NCBI GenBank assembly: GCA_000002445.1
Contig: CM000207.1
Span: 1,184,001-1,248,000 of the forward strand
DNA from: Trypanosoma brucei
Taxonomy: Eukaryota
Length of the DNA stretch: 64,000 bases
Direction of reading: 5' to 3'
The notes under the pieces: model-generated
Databases searched by the model: none
What the model was told of the DNA's origin: nothing
What the model saw: the letters and a program-made list of their open reading frames with translations, nothing else
Shown: positions 18,980-29,948 of the stretch, one piece after another
Position numbering within the stretch: the stretch's first letter is position 1
Layout of the letters: the number at the start of each line of letters is the position of its first letter
Made by a program: the position numbers and the translations under genes

Positions 18980-21900
18980 CTACATGCTGTTCGTATCCCC
19001 AGCCCCTTGTTGATGAATTTTTTCTAGGGAAATTTCCTCCGGCCTTCCATCCAAACTTTGTGTTGCCACGGGACGCGGAGCCCCCCCCGCACCTTTTCCA
19101 CCATTACCGGATCCAACAGAAGTAACAGTAGCAGCGGCGGTATTAGTATTAGTAGTGGTACCTTCAGCTCTCTGCTGCTGCCCCAAAGGCTGCGGCCACC
19201 GCTGCTGGATGTGTACGTTATGGTGAATAAAGTGGTGATGATGATGATGGTATGAATGCTGCTGATGGTTATCGGTAACCACGTTGCCTACTTTGCCACA
19301 GTCAGGCATTCCCAGAGCACTGCTCATTGAAAAACCAGACGGGCTTGTTGCCCCCTGAGACGCAGACGAAAACACTGAACCACCGCCCGCAGCCTGCTTC
19401 TGAAAGGGGGACCCAGCCTGTGCAGGGGAGCATAGGGAAGTGGTTGCGGTTCCTTCCATTCCACTCATTATAGAATACATGGGAGATGGTACCATCATCA
19501 TCGTACACCGTTGATGTCTCCAGTGGCCTTGTGCTTGCTGCTGAGTGTTGCTTCGCATCTTAGGGCTGCTCTGAATATGGTGATGGTAATGCTGAGGCGC
19601 AGAACTTTGTTGATGATGGGGATATGATGCCTGGCGATGTGTTTGATGTGAATAATGATGAAACTCAATCCCTTGAGTGGGTGTCTCCGGCTTCAACCAT
19701 TCCTTTGGGTCACCGACATACGACTGCAAGGGCTGCTGTTGATGCTCTTTCCCCGGAACAGTTCCTACTGCAATGGTGGTCATTGAATCCCTATTAATTC
19801 CGCTGCTTGTAAGGCCACCAAACGTTGCAGTCCCTAGAGGTTCCGCTGTCAGACTAGGTGAAGATACCACAGGTGTAGGCGCCTGTTCCTCCAAAGCATC
19901 GCTATGCCCCGCTTTGTATTGACTCGCTTTCTCCCCGCCATTGTTATTACTACCGCTTCCACGATGAGAGCTTCTCCCACGACCACGGGACAAGAAGTTA
20001 CCAGAGACACCGGAGCGCGCACTTGATTGCGTGTTACTGTGCGTCGATGAACCATAAGCGCTGCTTTGTCGCTTCCCCGTTACCACAGTACTGGTCGCGT
20101 TGACGACGCTATCGTTTGTTGTGTCACCCATTACTCGATGCGGGAACATCTGATTCATGTCATACCCCTGATATACAAACGGCGCCATAGGGTGTTGCTG
20201 ATAGGCGTCAGGACGGAAGTGAAGCTGCGCCTCAGTGGTGTACGGCATGGGGTGATAATACTGTGGCATTCCTGGGTATGGGGAGTTGACGCCACCAGGA
20301 GGAAACATAAACATCGACAATGACGGATCTGCAACAAAGTTCATCGGTTGCTGACCCGGCAGCACGTTCGCATGCGTGGGGTTGGTTGGCACGTAAGTGG
20401 GGTCACAATTTCCCGCATTTACGTCACCCATCGCTGGAGCACCTTTCACCATCTTGGAACCTGAGGCCAACGGCGCATTTGGGAATGGAGAGGGTGACAC
20501 AACACTCACTTCCGCGTCCATAGCAGACGACACTTCGGACGCGGGAGAGGTGGCCGACACGGCGGCAGTTCTCGTCTCCGCCCCCACGTCCTCCGAATCA
20601 CCTTCAGACCGCTTGCCCTGGCGCCATCCCACAGGCTGTCCTGAACGTCCCTTTGTTGCATCACTAACATAAGTGCCGTTCGCTGGCAGACCCTTCCCCC
20701 CCCTCGAACTTCCTGTGCTTCCCGCCGACCCATCATTTACATCACGCAACCCAGAGGAAGCGTTGGCGTTTTTGCCTCCTTTACGCCCGTGTGATTGGTC
20801 ACGTGGTCGAAGGGAGCGCCCACCAGAGGACAACTCATTTCCATCATCAGGGAAATTGAGCTGAGAAGGAGAAGTCGAACGTTCTTCGATCCCAGAAGAC
20901 AAGCGCCCCCGTGATGAAGGAAAGAGTGTGCACCTATCGTTTTCCAGTGCTAGCTGCGGGTTCACCTGTGGCACTTGCTGAACCTCACCATGATGTAGTT
21001 GCTGCATTTGGACAGCATTGTGAACCTCTATCAGCTCCTTGTGGGCCGTGTCGGGCGAAATCCACTCTAACACCTGGCGAAGCGTGCAAACATTACTTCC
21101 ATCACCGGTCAGAAGAGGTAGGGGATTTGTAAGTGGAACAAACATACAGCACAGCTCCTGAAATGCGCGTGTGTGCATCATGTGGGCAGTAATGTCGTAC
21201 TGTACATCAAACGGTGACGTCATGTAAAGGTGTTGGCCGCGCTGCTGACACTGCTGCGGTTTTGGAACAACTAAAGAACTACCGTCTGGCCCGAACCGCA
21301 GTCCCTGAGTATCATAGTTAAAAACGAACCCATAGTAGTAGCAAAAGTCGTTGAACAAGTGTCCAAGCGGTGACGTCGTCAGCAGTCGGTGCACTGTACA
21401 GCGAACTAAATCATCTTCTTCAACTGACTCGGCTTGTGATTCTGTCCCCACTTTCCTTTCAGCATCCTCGTCAGGTGTTTCCGCATTCCTTTCCCCCTCA
21501 CCGACAGATTCACCATCCTCTACCTCTTCCGATGGGTGCTTCGCATTTACATCCCCATCCTCCACTGCACCGGAAGCACTGAAGGAGCCACACTCCACCA
21601 TCGGGTTAGGACAAGTGGGACCGCCTGCAGCACTTTCATCAACCACGTCATCGCAGCAAACAATATCTCTACCATCGAAATCATCTACTGCAGCAGTATC
21701 CACCGCACTTTCATCAAGAGACTGGGAAACAACGCTACCAGGCACCGTGACCACAGGAGCCTCCGTAACATCTGTGTGTTGTTGCTGTTGTTGCTGCCAC
21801 TCATCAAGCGCTTCAGCAACCTGGTTGGGAGGGGAACCACTTTTGGTGGGAAGTTGCGCTTCATCAACACCCCTAGCACCACCGCGTACCTCCTCACTTT

Positions 21901-24553
21901 CCATTGAGAGAATGAATGACTTAAGTATACCCTCAGTACTCAGTCGACTGTTGCCGCCTTGCTGGTTGCTGTGTTGTTGTTGTCGACTGAGAAATTGCCC
22001 TAATAACATACCCGTCACCACAGGAAACCTATCGTCCGGAGAGGATGGTTTTTGGTCGGCTGGAGATGTTGTACCGGATCCGTGGTGGGCACTGGGAGAA
22101 ACCTGAACACGTAGTGATGGGACGCAGGGTGAACTCCTCCCTCCAGTGGGGTTCCTAGGATCCAGCTCACAAGGGTTTTGAACACACGGCTGTGCCCCAT
22201 CCCCCACCTGCTGTTGGCGACGGATCTGCTCTCTCAGCGTCTCCTCAAGATGCTTCGATATCTCGTTAAAGAAATGATGTACTAAGAGATAAATGGCGAA
22301 TGAAGTCATGTCCCCGGGTTGGGAATCACCTATCCCCATCTGTCGTACACAATGCTTAAGAAACAGGATAAGTCCTCGCGATGTCGGGTAGCGTTTCAGC
22401 AAACGGTTAGTTAACTGCATCGATCTCCAGTGCTCGCCACCAGCAAACGATATGTCGCACCGAAGCCCTGTCATTTTCTCTGTAACTTTAATAACCGGTA
22501 CCCGTGTGGAAATGATAGTTTGCACCTGATAAAGAGGACCATCAACTGTGGGAACATACAAGCGACGACGCCCTAGTGGTGGTAACGGAGGCAGCGGTGC
22601 AGATGTAAATGACGGTATACAGCTGTGTAAAGCTACTGCGGCCGCGTTGGGACCCACCCGTGTGCTGAGAGCGTAGTCGCGCTCAATTTGCAGTCGGTAT
22701 TCCGCCTCCTCCTCCTCTACGCGCAAAATACAATCGGATTCCGGCGGCTCCACCGCCATTGCTAACAAGTTTTCCTCGACCCCCGAACCAGTAGTATCCA
22801 CCACGTTGTTGTCAACCGATACTACTCCCGTACTTTCCCTCAAGCTACTGTTATTACCAGGCTGGTGCATGACCTCCGTCTCGAGTGAGCAACCCTCTGC
22901 TGGTTCCAAACTCAACCCCTCCAACTCTTCTCCGCTAATACTCTGAATAGCCTTAGATAACTGTTGAATCGCTTGTAAAGGGGCTAGAGGCTCGTAGTCT
23001 ACAACGAGAATATCAATGTCACTCGAAGCGAGCGCGAGGTCAGTCGTAATCGAACCGTGCATCCGCAGGCGCGCTCGTGGTCCTAGAACTTTGGTAGTGA
23101 TGCGCTGTATGCGAGAAACGAATTCATGTCGCTCCTGACGATCACCCCCACGGAGACCCAAGCATGTGTCTACGTATATTTGCAGAGAGGAAACGAAGTA
23201 GTACGAAGGTAACATCGACCAATGTGGGGTGCCACCCGAAACATCTATCATTTTGGATGCATCACCTTGTAGCGGAACTGGGTATAGTAACTGCTGCTTC
23301 TGGGCCAACATCATAGCAGTATGCTCGGCTACACGCTGCGCGCCATCGGGCATAGAATCAAGCATCATATTTCTTTGGAATGGAAACCCGAAAGGGCCAA
23401 AGGTCTCCTCAACTTGCTGTTGTTGTCGTGCCTTATGACGTCGGGATCGATGCGGAGTAGCGGGCCGCGCCGGGCCTGATTTATCACCCGAAACCCCTCC
23501 GTCAAGACTATTTGAACCTTTACCCAGTTCCGATGCGCTACCGTTGTTGTTGTTATTGGACTTTGGTCCAACCCGTGACGACTGTTTCCGAGAACCGTCA
23601 TTCGACTTCCCCTTATTCGTTCGACAGGAAGTTTCAGAAGTTACAGCGTGATCAATACTGCTAATACCACTTGCCGAGGGCCACCTTCCATGTTGCGGAT
23701 CATCCAGAATACGCTCGTGTGGTAAAGTGGAAGAAGTGGGTGGCGCCGCCGTTCTAGCACGCTGTGGCACCTGCTGAGTTTTTGTTGTTTCTGCCGCCCT
23801 CCCCCTCGCCACCTTACGGGGTGGTCTAATCCCATTAAGAGAGGATTCAGAATCTTTTGCTGGTCCCACACTTCTTTTCGCACTTTTCGCCGTGGGCTCC
23901 TCAATTCCATGGTCAAGGTCACGGCGCTCAACAGTGTTGCTACTTTCAGTATCTTCACTGACGCCGGTACCCACACCTGCTGTTGTATTATCCTCGATAA
24001 AACCCCCTCGCGTGATTGGAACAGAGTTCAACGTGCACGGGGAATCGGCGCTGATTTCGTCGAGTACACACGCTACAGGCAAAACAGTAGCACAAAGCTG
24101 CGGTGGAGAGTTAGCCTGCGCCATCTCTTCATCTTTCAGCTGTGTGCAAACGTCACTACCAGAACTATTTTCGCATGCGTTATCCGTTTGTGCAATATTT
24201 ATGTGTTCAGTGCTTTCTGAAAAATCCTCATGCACTACTGACACGCACGCGGCCGCCGACGCTACCACGTCAGCGCTACTGCTCCCACACTGGGACACAT
24301 GACGTGATGGAACGAGTACCACCTCTGACGACAAATACTCGTCAAGCGGAAAGAACAAATCGCCGTGCGCACGTACGCTTTCGGCACCTTCCAAGTGATC
24401 TGACGGCGAGGAAGGTGTTTCCAACGGTGACCAATGCTGAATTTGACGTTCATGCAGAGAAACACAAGCGCCGCTACTATCCTGTGGGTCTATGGGACTG
24501 TCGTGCAATTCCCCTTCCAACTCGTTACACCCCGGTTTGGAGTCAAAGCTCAT
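18980..24553 (-). CDS. Large (1857 aa from the first ATG) Cid1/GLD2-type nucleotidyltransferase (TUTase or non-canonical poly(A) polymerase-like) with long low-complexity Gln-, Ser- and His-rich extensions
   Basis: Track M1 is a TTG and the first ATG is codon 6 (24551-24553). The NTase signature 'RLRMHGSITTDLALASSDIDILVVD' (hGS + DxD) is present. The third carboxylate lies in 'VIKVTEKMTGLRCDISFAG'. There is a PAP-associated-like 'LILFLKHCVRQMGIG...MTSFAIYLLVHHFF' segment. The C-terminus carries a His run (SYHHHHHHFIHHNVH). Confidence 0.7.
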   Translation of the reverse strand: MSFDSKPGCNELEGELHDSPIDPQDSSGACVSLHERQIQHWSPLETPSSPSDHLEGAESVRAHGDLFFPLDEYLSSEVVLVPSRHVSQCGSSSADVVASAAACVSVVHEDFSESTEHINIAQTDNACENSSGSDVCTQLKDEEMAQANSPPQLCATVLPVACVLDEISADSPCTLNSVPITRGGFIEDNTTAGVGTGVSEDTESSNTVERRDLDHGIEEPTAKSAKRSVGPAKDSESSLNGIRPPRKVARGRAAETTKTQQVPQRARTAAPPTSSTLPHERILDDPQHGRWPSASGISSIDHAVTSETSCRTNKGKSNDGSRKQSSRVGPKSNNNNNGSASELGKGSNSLDGGVSGDKSGPARPATPHRSRRHKARQQQQVEETFGPFGFPFQRNMMLDSMPDGAQRVAEHTAMMLAQKQQLLYPVPLQGDASKMIDVSGGTPHWSMLPSYYFVSSLQIYVDTCLGLRGGDRQERHEFVSRIQRITTKVLGPRARLRMHGSITTDLALASSDIDILVVDYEPLAPLQAIQQLSKAIQSISGEELEGLSLEPAEGCSLETEVMHQPGNNSSLRESTGVVSVDNNVVDTTGSGVEENLLAMAVEPPESDCILRVEEEEAEYRLQIERDYALSTRVGPNAAAVALHSCIPSFTSAPLPPLPPLGRRRLYVPTVDGPLYQVQTIISTRVPVIKVTEKMTGLRCDISFAGGEHWRSMQLTNRLLKRYPTSRGLILFLKHCVRQMGIGDSQPGDMTSFAIYLLVHHFFNEISKHLEETLREQIRRQQQVGDGAQPCVQNPCELDPRNPTGGRSSPCVPSLRVQVSPSAHHGSGTTSPADQKPSSPDDRFPVVTGMLLGQFLSRQQQHSNQQGGNSRLSTEGILKSFILSMESEEVRGGARGVDEAQLPTKSGSPPNQVAEALDEWQQQQQQHTDVTEAPVVTVPGSVVSQSLDESAVDTAAVDDFDGRDIVCCDDVVDESAAGGPTCPNPMVECGSFSASGAVEDGDVNAKHPSEEVEDGESVGEGERNAETPDEDAERKVGTESQAESVEEDDLVRCTVHRLLTTSPLGHLFNDFCYYYGFVFNYDTQGLRFGPDGSSLVVPKPQQCQQRGQHLYMTSPFDVQYDITAHMMHTRAFQELCCMFVPLTNPLPLLTGDGSNVCTLRQVLEWISPDTAHKELIEVHNAVQMQQLHHGEVQQVPQVNPQLALENDRCTLFPSSRGRLSSGIEERSTSPSQLNFPDDGNELSSGGRSLRPRDQSHGRKGGKNANASSGLRDVNDGSAGSTGSSRGGKGLPANGTYVSDATKGRSGQPVGWRQGKRSEGDSEDVGAETRTAAVSATSPASEVSSAMDAEVSVVSPSPFPNAPLASGSKMVKGAPAMGDVNAGNCDPTYVPTNPTHANVLPGQQPMNFVADPSLSMFMFPPGGVNSPYPGMPQYYHPMPYTTEAQLHFRPDAYQQHPMAPFVYQGYDMNQMFPHRVMGDTTNDSVVNATSTVVTGKRQSSAYGSSTHSNTQSSARSGVSGNFLSRGRGRSSHRGSGSNNNGGEKASQYKAGHSDALEEQAPTPVVSSPSLTAEPLGTATFGGLTSSGINRDSMTTIAVGTVPGKEHQQQPLQSYVGDPKEWLKPETPTQGIEFHHYSHQTHRQASYPHHQQSSAPQHYHHHIQSSPKMRSNTQQQAQGHWRHQRCTMMMVPSPMYSIMSGMEGTATTSLCSPAQAGSPFQKQAAGGGSVFSSASQGATSPSGFSMSSALGMPDCGKVGNVVTDNHQQHSYHHHHHHFIHHNVHIQQRWPQPLGQQQRAEGTTTNTNTAAATVTSVGSGNGGKGAGGAPRPVATQSLDGRPEEISLEKIHQQGAGDTNSM

Positions 24554-24644
24554 TGTTCGGCAGTTCAAACACCGAAAACAATGCGGTAAGCGGGATAAAA
24601 ACTAAAAGCAGGCCACCTGCAGCGCACAAAAATAAATAAGTAAA

Positions 24645-24667
24645 TATATATATATATATATATATAT
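24645..24667. repeat. (TA)n microsatellite
   Basis: Direct reading. Confidence 0.9.
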
Positions 24668-25379
24668 GCCTATCTCGCTCAACACGCGTCTTTACGCAAA
24701 TAATGACGCGTGCGTTCGGTCGCTTTTTGTTACCCCTCGCCCAGCGATGCTCCTATGTTCCTTCTAACTAAGTGCGCACCCCGGTCGTAGCTTCGTTTGC
24801 TCTAGTTAGTCTCTGCGGCTTCACACGAAGTCTGCTTACCCTCTTTGAATTTCCTACGCACCTCCTTTCTCCACTCCACCCGTTGATTTGCTTAGTTTCC
24901 TTTTCCGTTCGAAAAAAGAAATATTGTTTTTCCCTTGTTCCTTTTCCTCCGTTTTCTCTTTTTTTTCTTTTAGTTTTAGTCAATCACTCCTATTTTTCTC
25001 CAGTCTTTCCCGTTTCTCTTAGTTTCCTGTGGGGGATCTCTCCTTTACTTGCGTACGCCTGCTTTTCCGTTAGTGAGAACCTCTCTCTTTTCCTCTAGGG
25101 AAAGACAGAAAGAAACAGTACTACGCGATCCACTTTCACGGGGCGAACGAATAAGAAAAATAAAGGGAGAATCAGAACAAAAGAAAGAGATGTTTCGATG
25201 TGCCGGAATACAGTGATAGTTGTTAACAGCAAACGAATACAATGTAAATGATTCATTCCATGTGAAGGGACGCAAAAAATGCTGTGAGTCCCTATGTCTG
25301 GTTTAATAAGAATGGGGATATCTTGCAGTAGTAAGAAACTGACAGGGGAAAAGCAGCCTCATACACGACTGCAGCACTC

Positions 25380-27842
25380 TTAGGCACTAGGCACAGTGGA
25401 GCCTTTCATGGATTCAACAAAAAAGGAAAACATCTCACGCGCCCTCGACTCCACCGTTTGCCACTCTGATGGAGTAATATCAGCCTTTATATCCGTAACA
25501 GTTACATCAGCACTGTTAGACTGCACCATCCTCTGAAAAAGGCGCATCGCCGCATCATCAATCCCGGAGGCTGATACGGATGGGGCGTTTACAACAGAGG
25601 AAGAAGGGAGCGCATCAGCTTCTTGTGCAGCTTTATTCACACTTACGCTCCTTGTGGGCTGTTCAAACTGTAACAGATTAGCGTCAACATAACTAGAAGG
25701 CATAGAAGGTTGATGCTGCGAGTTCGCAGCATCCGTAGGTAAGTGGCCTTCGCAGTGGTCGCCACACGGCAACTGCATCTCCTGATGTTTTTTCACAATA
25801 TCCTTTAGCCTCGAGCTGATGCCAGGTACAAGATATTCACATTTGGCGAAGTCTTCACGAAGCATGAAGAAGCCGCGTAAATTTTCCACGGTACCGGCAT
25901 CAAAGAGAGAGTACGTACGAGTACCTAACTGGAAACACCACAAACACTGCGACGGGTGCTGTACATCGTACATCGTAACACCACGAGAAATGTACCACAA
26001 CTGCCTAAGAAGCATTATTGTTACTCCCATGAGGACTACAGGAAGCACTGGCATCATGTACGCCTCACTCAAGCGTTGTAACGTGGTCTCTCCAGGACTG
26101 ATACGCGATGAACTCCATCCAACAAGAAGCCACATGCTTACCAGGAAAGTGGCATGAACCACGAGAACCGTAACGTACAGCCGGTGGTTCCCGGCACCAA
26201 TGCTATTGGCCAACCAGGGACAGTAATGATCGTAACGTAGCACGATGCGATTTGTGTACTGGCATCTCTGAGCCCGGAGCGGCTTCCTGACCATGCATTG
26301 GGTGTCGAAAGTTGTTTTCGTCTCGTCTGGCAGTACGCCTTTCGCACAAAAAACAGTTTTGTGGATTGCGGCCCGCTGTGCTGGGGTGGAGTTTACAACG
26401 AGTGGATCCCGCCGCGCAACGATAGCCCCACATAAGAGGCTACCGACGCCACATAAGAGGGTGAAAATACAGTACAAACCAGACGGAGTCGGTTGTCTAG
26501 ACACATAATGTAACTGATACACGCAGCATCCAGCCAGCGCTATCGTGTATCCAACAAAACACCCAGCAGGGTACAGCGACTTTGCCTCCGTGGTATGAAA
26601 ATTTCTGCTGCTAAGGCGAAAACTAACGAACAGGCTAAAGAGTGCCGCACCACGAATTAAAATCATTTCATTCGTTAACGTTGCACACAGAACCATCAGA
26701 GCATGCACAACAATCAATCCATCAGCGAATACCAGAGCGCCTTTGAATGATAACAAGTTCTGTGATGGGTTGTTGCCGCAAGCAAAACGCTGCAGCAGCG
26801 CCTCACGCCCACTAAGGGAGGTTTCCTTGCAATACGCCTTTAATAAATTGTAAACCTCCTTTGACCTAACCTTTCTCTCCGCAGCGGTTGGGTACCACAG
26901 AGAGCGTATATTAACAAAACGTTGTAACCACGATCCGCCGACTGCAGACACACCAACATTATTGGCTGCAAGTTGCAATGGTGTAAGTCCGATTACATCC
27001 GTTTGGTTCACGTCGGCTCCACAACTCAGGAGTGCACACACTAACGCTACGTCTCCACCAAGGATTGCGCGATGCAACGGGGTGTAACTGCTGCGCACCG
27101 CTACTGCAGACATAACGGAGGTTTCTTCAGGCTTTAGTTCCTCACCGGTGGAGGCCTTTACGCATTCGCCTTCGCGCGCATTGACGTCCATCCCAAGTTG
27201 CTCAACGAGGAAAAGGATTACAAAATTAGCCCCTTTGCCACCCTTTTGGCAGACGAAGTGAAGCAAGTCTTCACTTACTACCTGATGTAGAAGGGAATCT
27301 ACGAAGCACTGAAGTAACTGCAGTGAAAATGGAGAGCGAGAGGCGTGGTGAAGGACGGTGCACCCTGCATCATCTCGTTGCGTGATAACGGCACCACGTT
27401 CCAATAGCAAACGCATGGCCGTAATGTTCCCTTTAGCAGCTGCAACCATCAGCGGTGTCTCACCGGAGGCGTTGCGAGCATTGATATCGGCTCCATTGTC
27501 AATAAGAAAACGGATTATCATTTCATTAGAGCACTCACCGAGGAACGGTTCCCTGCCCAGGGTGCAGACAGTTGCTATGTCATTCCCCTGCGTCACCGCA
27601 ACGTGAAGAGCAGTTGCGCCGTCTTTGTCCCGTGCATTCACGTCAGCTCCACCCAGCAAGAATGTCACCACAGACGGAAACAACCAGTCCCCACCTAGAG
27701 ATTCATGAAACGTACGACCACACAGCAGTAACATGTGAGGCTCGGGTAGCGGGACATCATTCTGCTCTTCGTGCTGCAGATAATGTGCAAGAGGGAGGGA
27801 CTGACCACCACGCTCCATCATTCGGTCGCTAAAGACCCACAT
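25380..27842 (-). CDS. Ankyrin-repeat DHHC-type palmitoyl acyltransferase (Akr1/HIP14-like), 820 aa, with a DHYC variant of the catalytic motif
   Basis: ATG at 27840-27842. The N-terminal half has ankyrin-like repeats (GATALHVAV..., GETPLMVAAAKGN..., LTPLQLAANN...). The Cys-rich domain reads 'VLRYDHYCPWLANSIGAGNHRLY' (DHHC-CRD with DHYC as in yeast Akr1). Multiple TM helices flank it. Confidence 0.8.
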   Translation of the reverse strand: MWVFSDRMMERGGQSLPLAHYLQHEEQNDVPLPEPHMLLLCGRTFHESLGGDWLFPSVVTFLLGGADVNARDKDGATALHVAVTQGNDIATVCTLGREPFLGECSNEMIIRFLIDNGADINARNASGETPLMVAAAKGNITAMRLLLERGAVITQRDDAGCTVLHHASRSPFSLQLLQCFVDSLLHQVVSEDLLHFVCQKGGKGANFVILFLVEQLGMDVNAREGECVKASTGEELKPEETSVMSAVAVRSSYTPLHRAILGGDVALVCALLSCGADVNQTDVIGLTPLQLAANNVGVSAVGGSWLQRFVNIRSLWYPTAAERKVRSKEVYNLLKAYCKETSLSGREALLQRFACGNNPSQNLLSFKGALVFADGLIVVHALMVLCATLTNEMILIRGAALFSLFVSFRLSSRNFHTTEAKSLYPAGCFVGYTIALAGCCVYQLHYVSRQPTPSGLYCIFTLLCGVGSLLCGAIVARRDPLVVNSTPAQRAAIHKTVFCAKGVLPDETKTTFDTQCMVRKPLRAQRCQYTNRIVLRYDHYCPWLANSIGAGNHRLYVTVLVVHATFLVSMWLLVGWSSSRISPGETTLQRLSEAYMMPVLPVVLMGVTIMLLRQLWYISRGVTMYDVQHPSQCLWCFQLGTRTYSLFDAGTVENLRGFFMLREDFAKCEYLVPGISSRLKDIVKKHQEMQLPCGDHCEGHLPTDAANSQHQPSMPSSYVDANLLQFEQPTRSVSVNKAAQEADALPSSSVVNAPSVSASGIDDAAMRLFQRMVQSNSADVTVTDIKADITPSEWQTVESRAREMFSFFVESMKGSTVPSA

Positions 27843-28247
27843 GGTGAGGCCTAATTTATGAAGCTATTCAGATTCCCAATCTGTCGTTCCCCTCGTGCAC
27901 GCGTTCTGCACTTCAAGGGATAAACAGATGTTATTTTTACGGTAGGCTTTAATACTAGCTGGTTGTACCCTTTAAATCACCCCGGTGCACAGTCTGCACA
28001 GGGGTTCTCGACGCACCTATTCCCGGGGTTTTGGAAGAGCACAGAAAAAAAAACACAAGCACAAGTCACCTAATTAGTTTCACAGAGCGAGGAGATTAAC
28101 AGTAAAGCAGACAACCGCAGCCGCGATGGCAGGCGGCCGATTAATGAAAAGGGAAAGAAAAGCGTAGAGGTAAACAAATATCACAACAAAACTTGATGCC
28201 CCGCCTTCCCATCCCACATTACGCCTAGCCCCCAGTAAACAACTTTA

Positions 28248-28823
28248 CTACACACGAGGGGACACCTCTGGAGGGTGATGCGTCTGAAGAAACTGCTTGA
28301 CAACCACTAGCATAGAACGAACCTTCAGTTGAGCGGCATCGAGGTTTCTCTGCCGCTCGCTCAGCAACGCCCGCGCATCCGCCAAAGCCTTCTTTAAAGT
28401 CTCTAGGTTGTGATTTTGAAGCTCGGTAGAAGCACCGCCGCTCGCAGAGGCATCGGGTGCAGCAGCAGCAGCAGCAGCAGCGACAGGAACTTCTGCATCA
28501 TTATTTGTCGCACTGTTGTGCTCGACCTCTTGCAATGCAACCTTCGCACGCCAAACTTCCCTTGCAGCGCTCATGGATGCAGTGAAGGCGGGAATAAGAA
28601 TGTGATATAGGGCGTGCTCCAGACCTAGCGGTTGCAGTGGACCATCTACTAAGAGTCGCTGTAATATTGCAATATTCTCTTCCTCCTGCTGTTGAGAAAT
28701 CGTCCCTTCAGCCTTTTGTGCCGAGCCCGCACGCTCCTGTTCTGTTGAGGAAGTAACAGCATCACCAACAAGAAAGGGAGCCCGCTTGGCAGCCGCAAGG
28801 AGGAATGACTCAAAGGCACTCAT
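28248..28823 (-). CDS. Hypothetical 191-aa protein with a poly-Ala tract and a C-terminal coiled-coil-like segment
   Basis: ATG at 28821-28823 in the same orientation as the array. The (GCA)n codon repeat 28449-28482 encodes AAAAAAAA. No recognisable domain. Confidence 0.45.
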   Translation of the reverse strand: MSAFESFLLAAAKRAPFLVGDAVTSSTEQERAGSAQKAEGTISQQQEEENIAILQRLLVDGPLQPLGLEHALYHILIPAFTASMSAAREVWRAKVALQEVEHNSATNNDAEVPVAAAAAAAAPDASASGGASTELQNHNLETLKKALADARALLSERQRNLDAAQLKVRSMLVVVKQFLQTHHPPEVSPRV

Positions 28824-29948
28824 GCTAGCAAACAGTAACCGATTGAGGCTTTGCCTGCTGTTACCTTTGTTAACAACCCCAGTCTGGGGTTATTTGTGGA
28901 ACACAAAATTAAGACAAGCGACCAAAGGAAAATACAGATGCGGACGCGCAGGAAAAAACAACAGAAACCAAACAAGCGAATATAAAGAGGTACGTAAGGC
29001 TATTCGTCAACACCACAACATCATTTGTTGACCCTTTAAATATTTCTTGTGTGACCAGCAGGAGACCGGACCACAGAACACCTTCCGGAGGTAACACTCA
29101 ACGAAACAGTCGCCACAACATCCCAATTAAAAGTGGGATATCAACAAGAGGCAGAAAAAAGTAAGGACGTTCATATGCACCAACACCGCTACAATCCCTC
29201 TCTTTTATTTCACAGTGCCTTGCGAGCCGCGGCTCATCAACGCAGCAAAGATATCCTTCAGAAAATCTTCAGCGACGCACCTATGGGTAGCGTCCATGTG
29301 CCGGGAGCATCGATACTACCAATGGCTATGATTAAAGCTATAACACACATCACATCGATGCAAAAAGAAAAATTGAAAGAAAAGAATCGTTTTAATGTCA
29401 GCATGCGGGTGACGACTGAAGAAGATCATGAACAACACACATAAAGCGCAACGGAACAAAGCACAATCACGGGGGCCACCACAGTTTACACCATTAGTCC
29501 AAGACGCAAAAAGAGATTGCAGCAAGATCAGTATATATAAATTATACTGTATAGTTTCCTCCACTAAGAAGAAAGGTGTACCAAAAGCAGATACATATGT
29601 TTACGTCCAAATAACAAATATGTCTCAACTTATAAATGAAGCATTCACAGAACCCCATACAAGGTACGTGTTCTTCACTTCACTAATATAACGGCGTGAA
29701 TTCCTCTACTCCCCACCGTTACGTCAATCTCCTCGTTTTGATCTCTCTAATCATTCTATTTTTTCTCCACTCAATGGAACCCCCGGCACTTGACGCTGTC
29801 GCCACACTTTTTATCCGACAGATGAGCACAGAGCCGGACACCTCGCTGAAACAACACCGCGCCCACTGCGGTGGGACAACATAACGGTGGTAAGGTGGCG
29901 CCAAGAAGCGAGGATAAGTAAGGTAAGCCATAATCTGGAGGAGCTGAT

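Noticed and set aside
21351-22106. 251-aa plus-strand ORF (Ser/Cys-rich, CCCCCCC run) antisense to the nucleotidyltransferase gene
   Set aside because: It lies entirely inside the much longer, domain-containing minus-strand CDS. Its composition is the mirror of the Gln/Ser codon repeats on the coding strand, so it is a typical antisense artefact.
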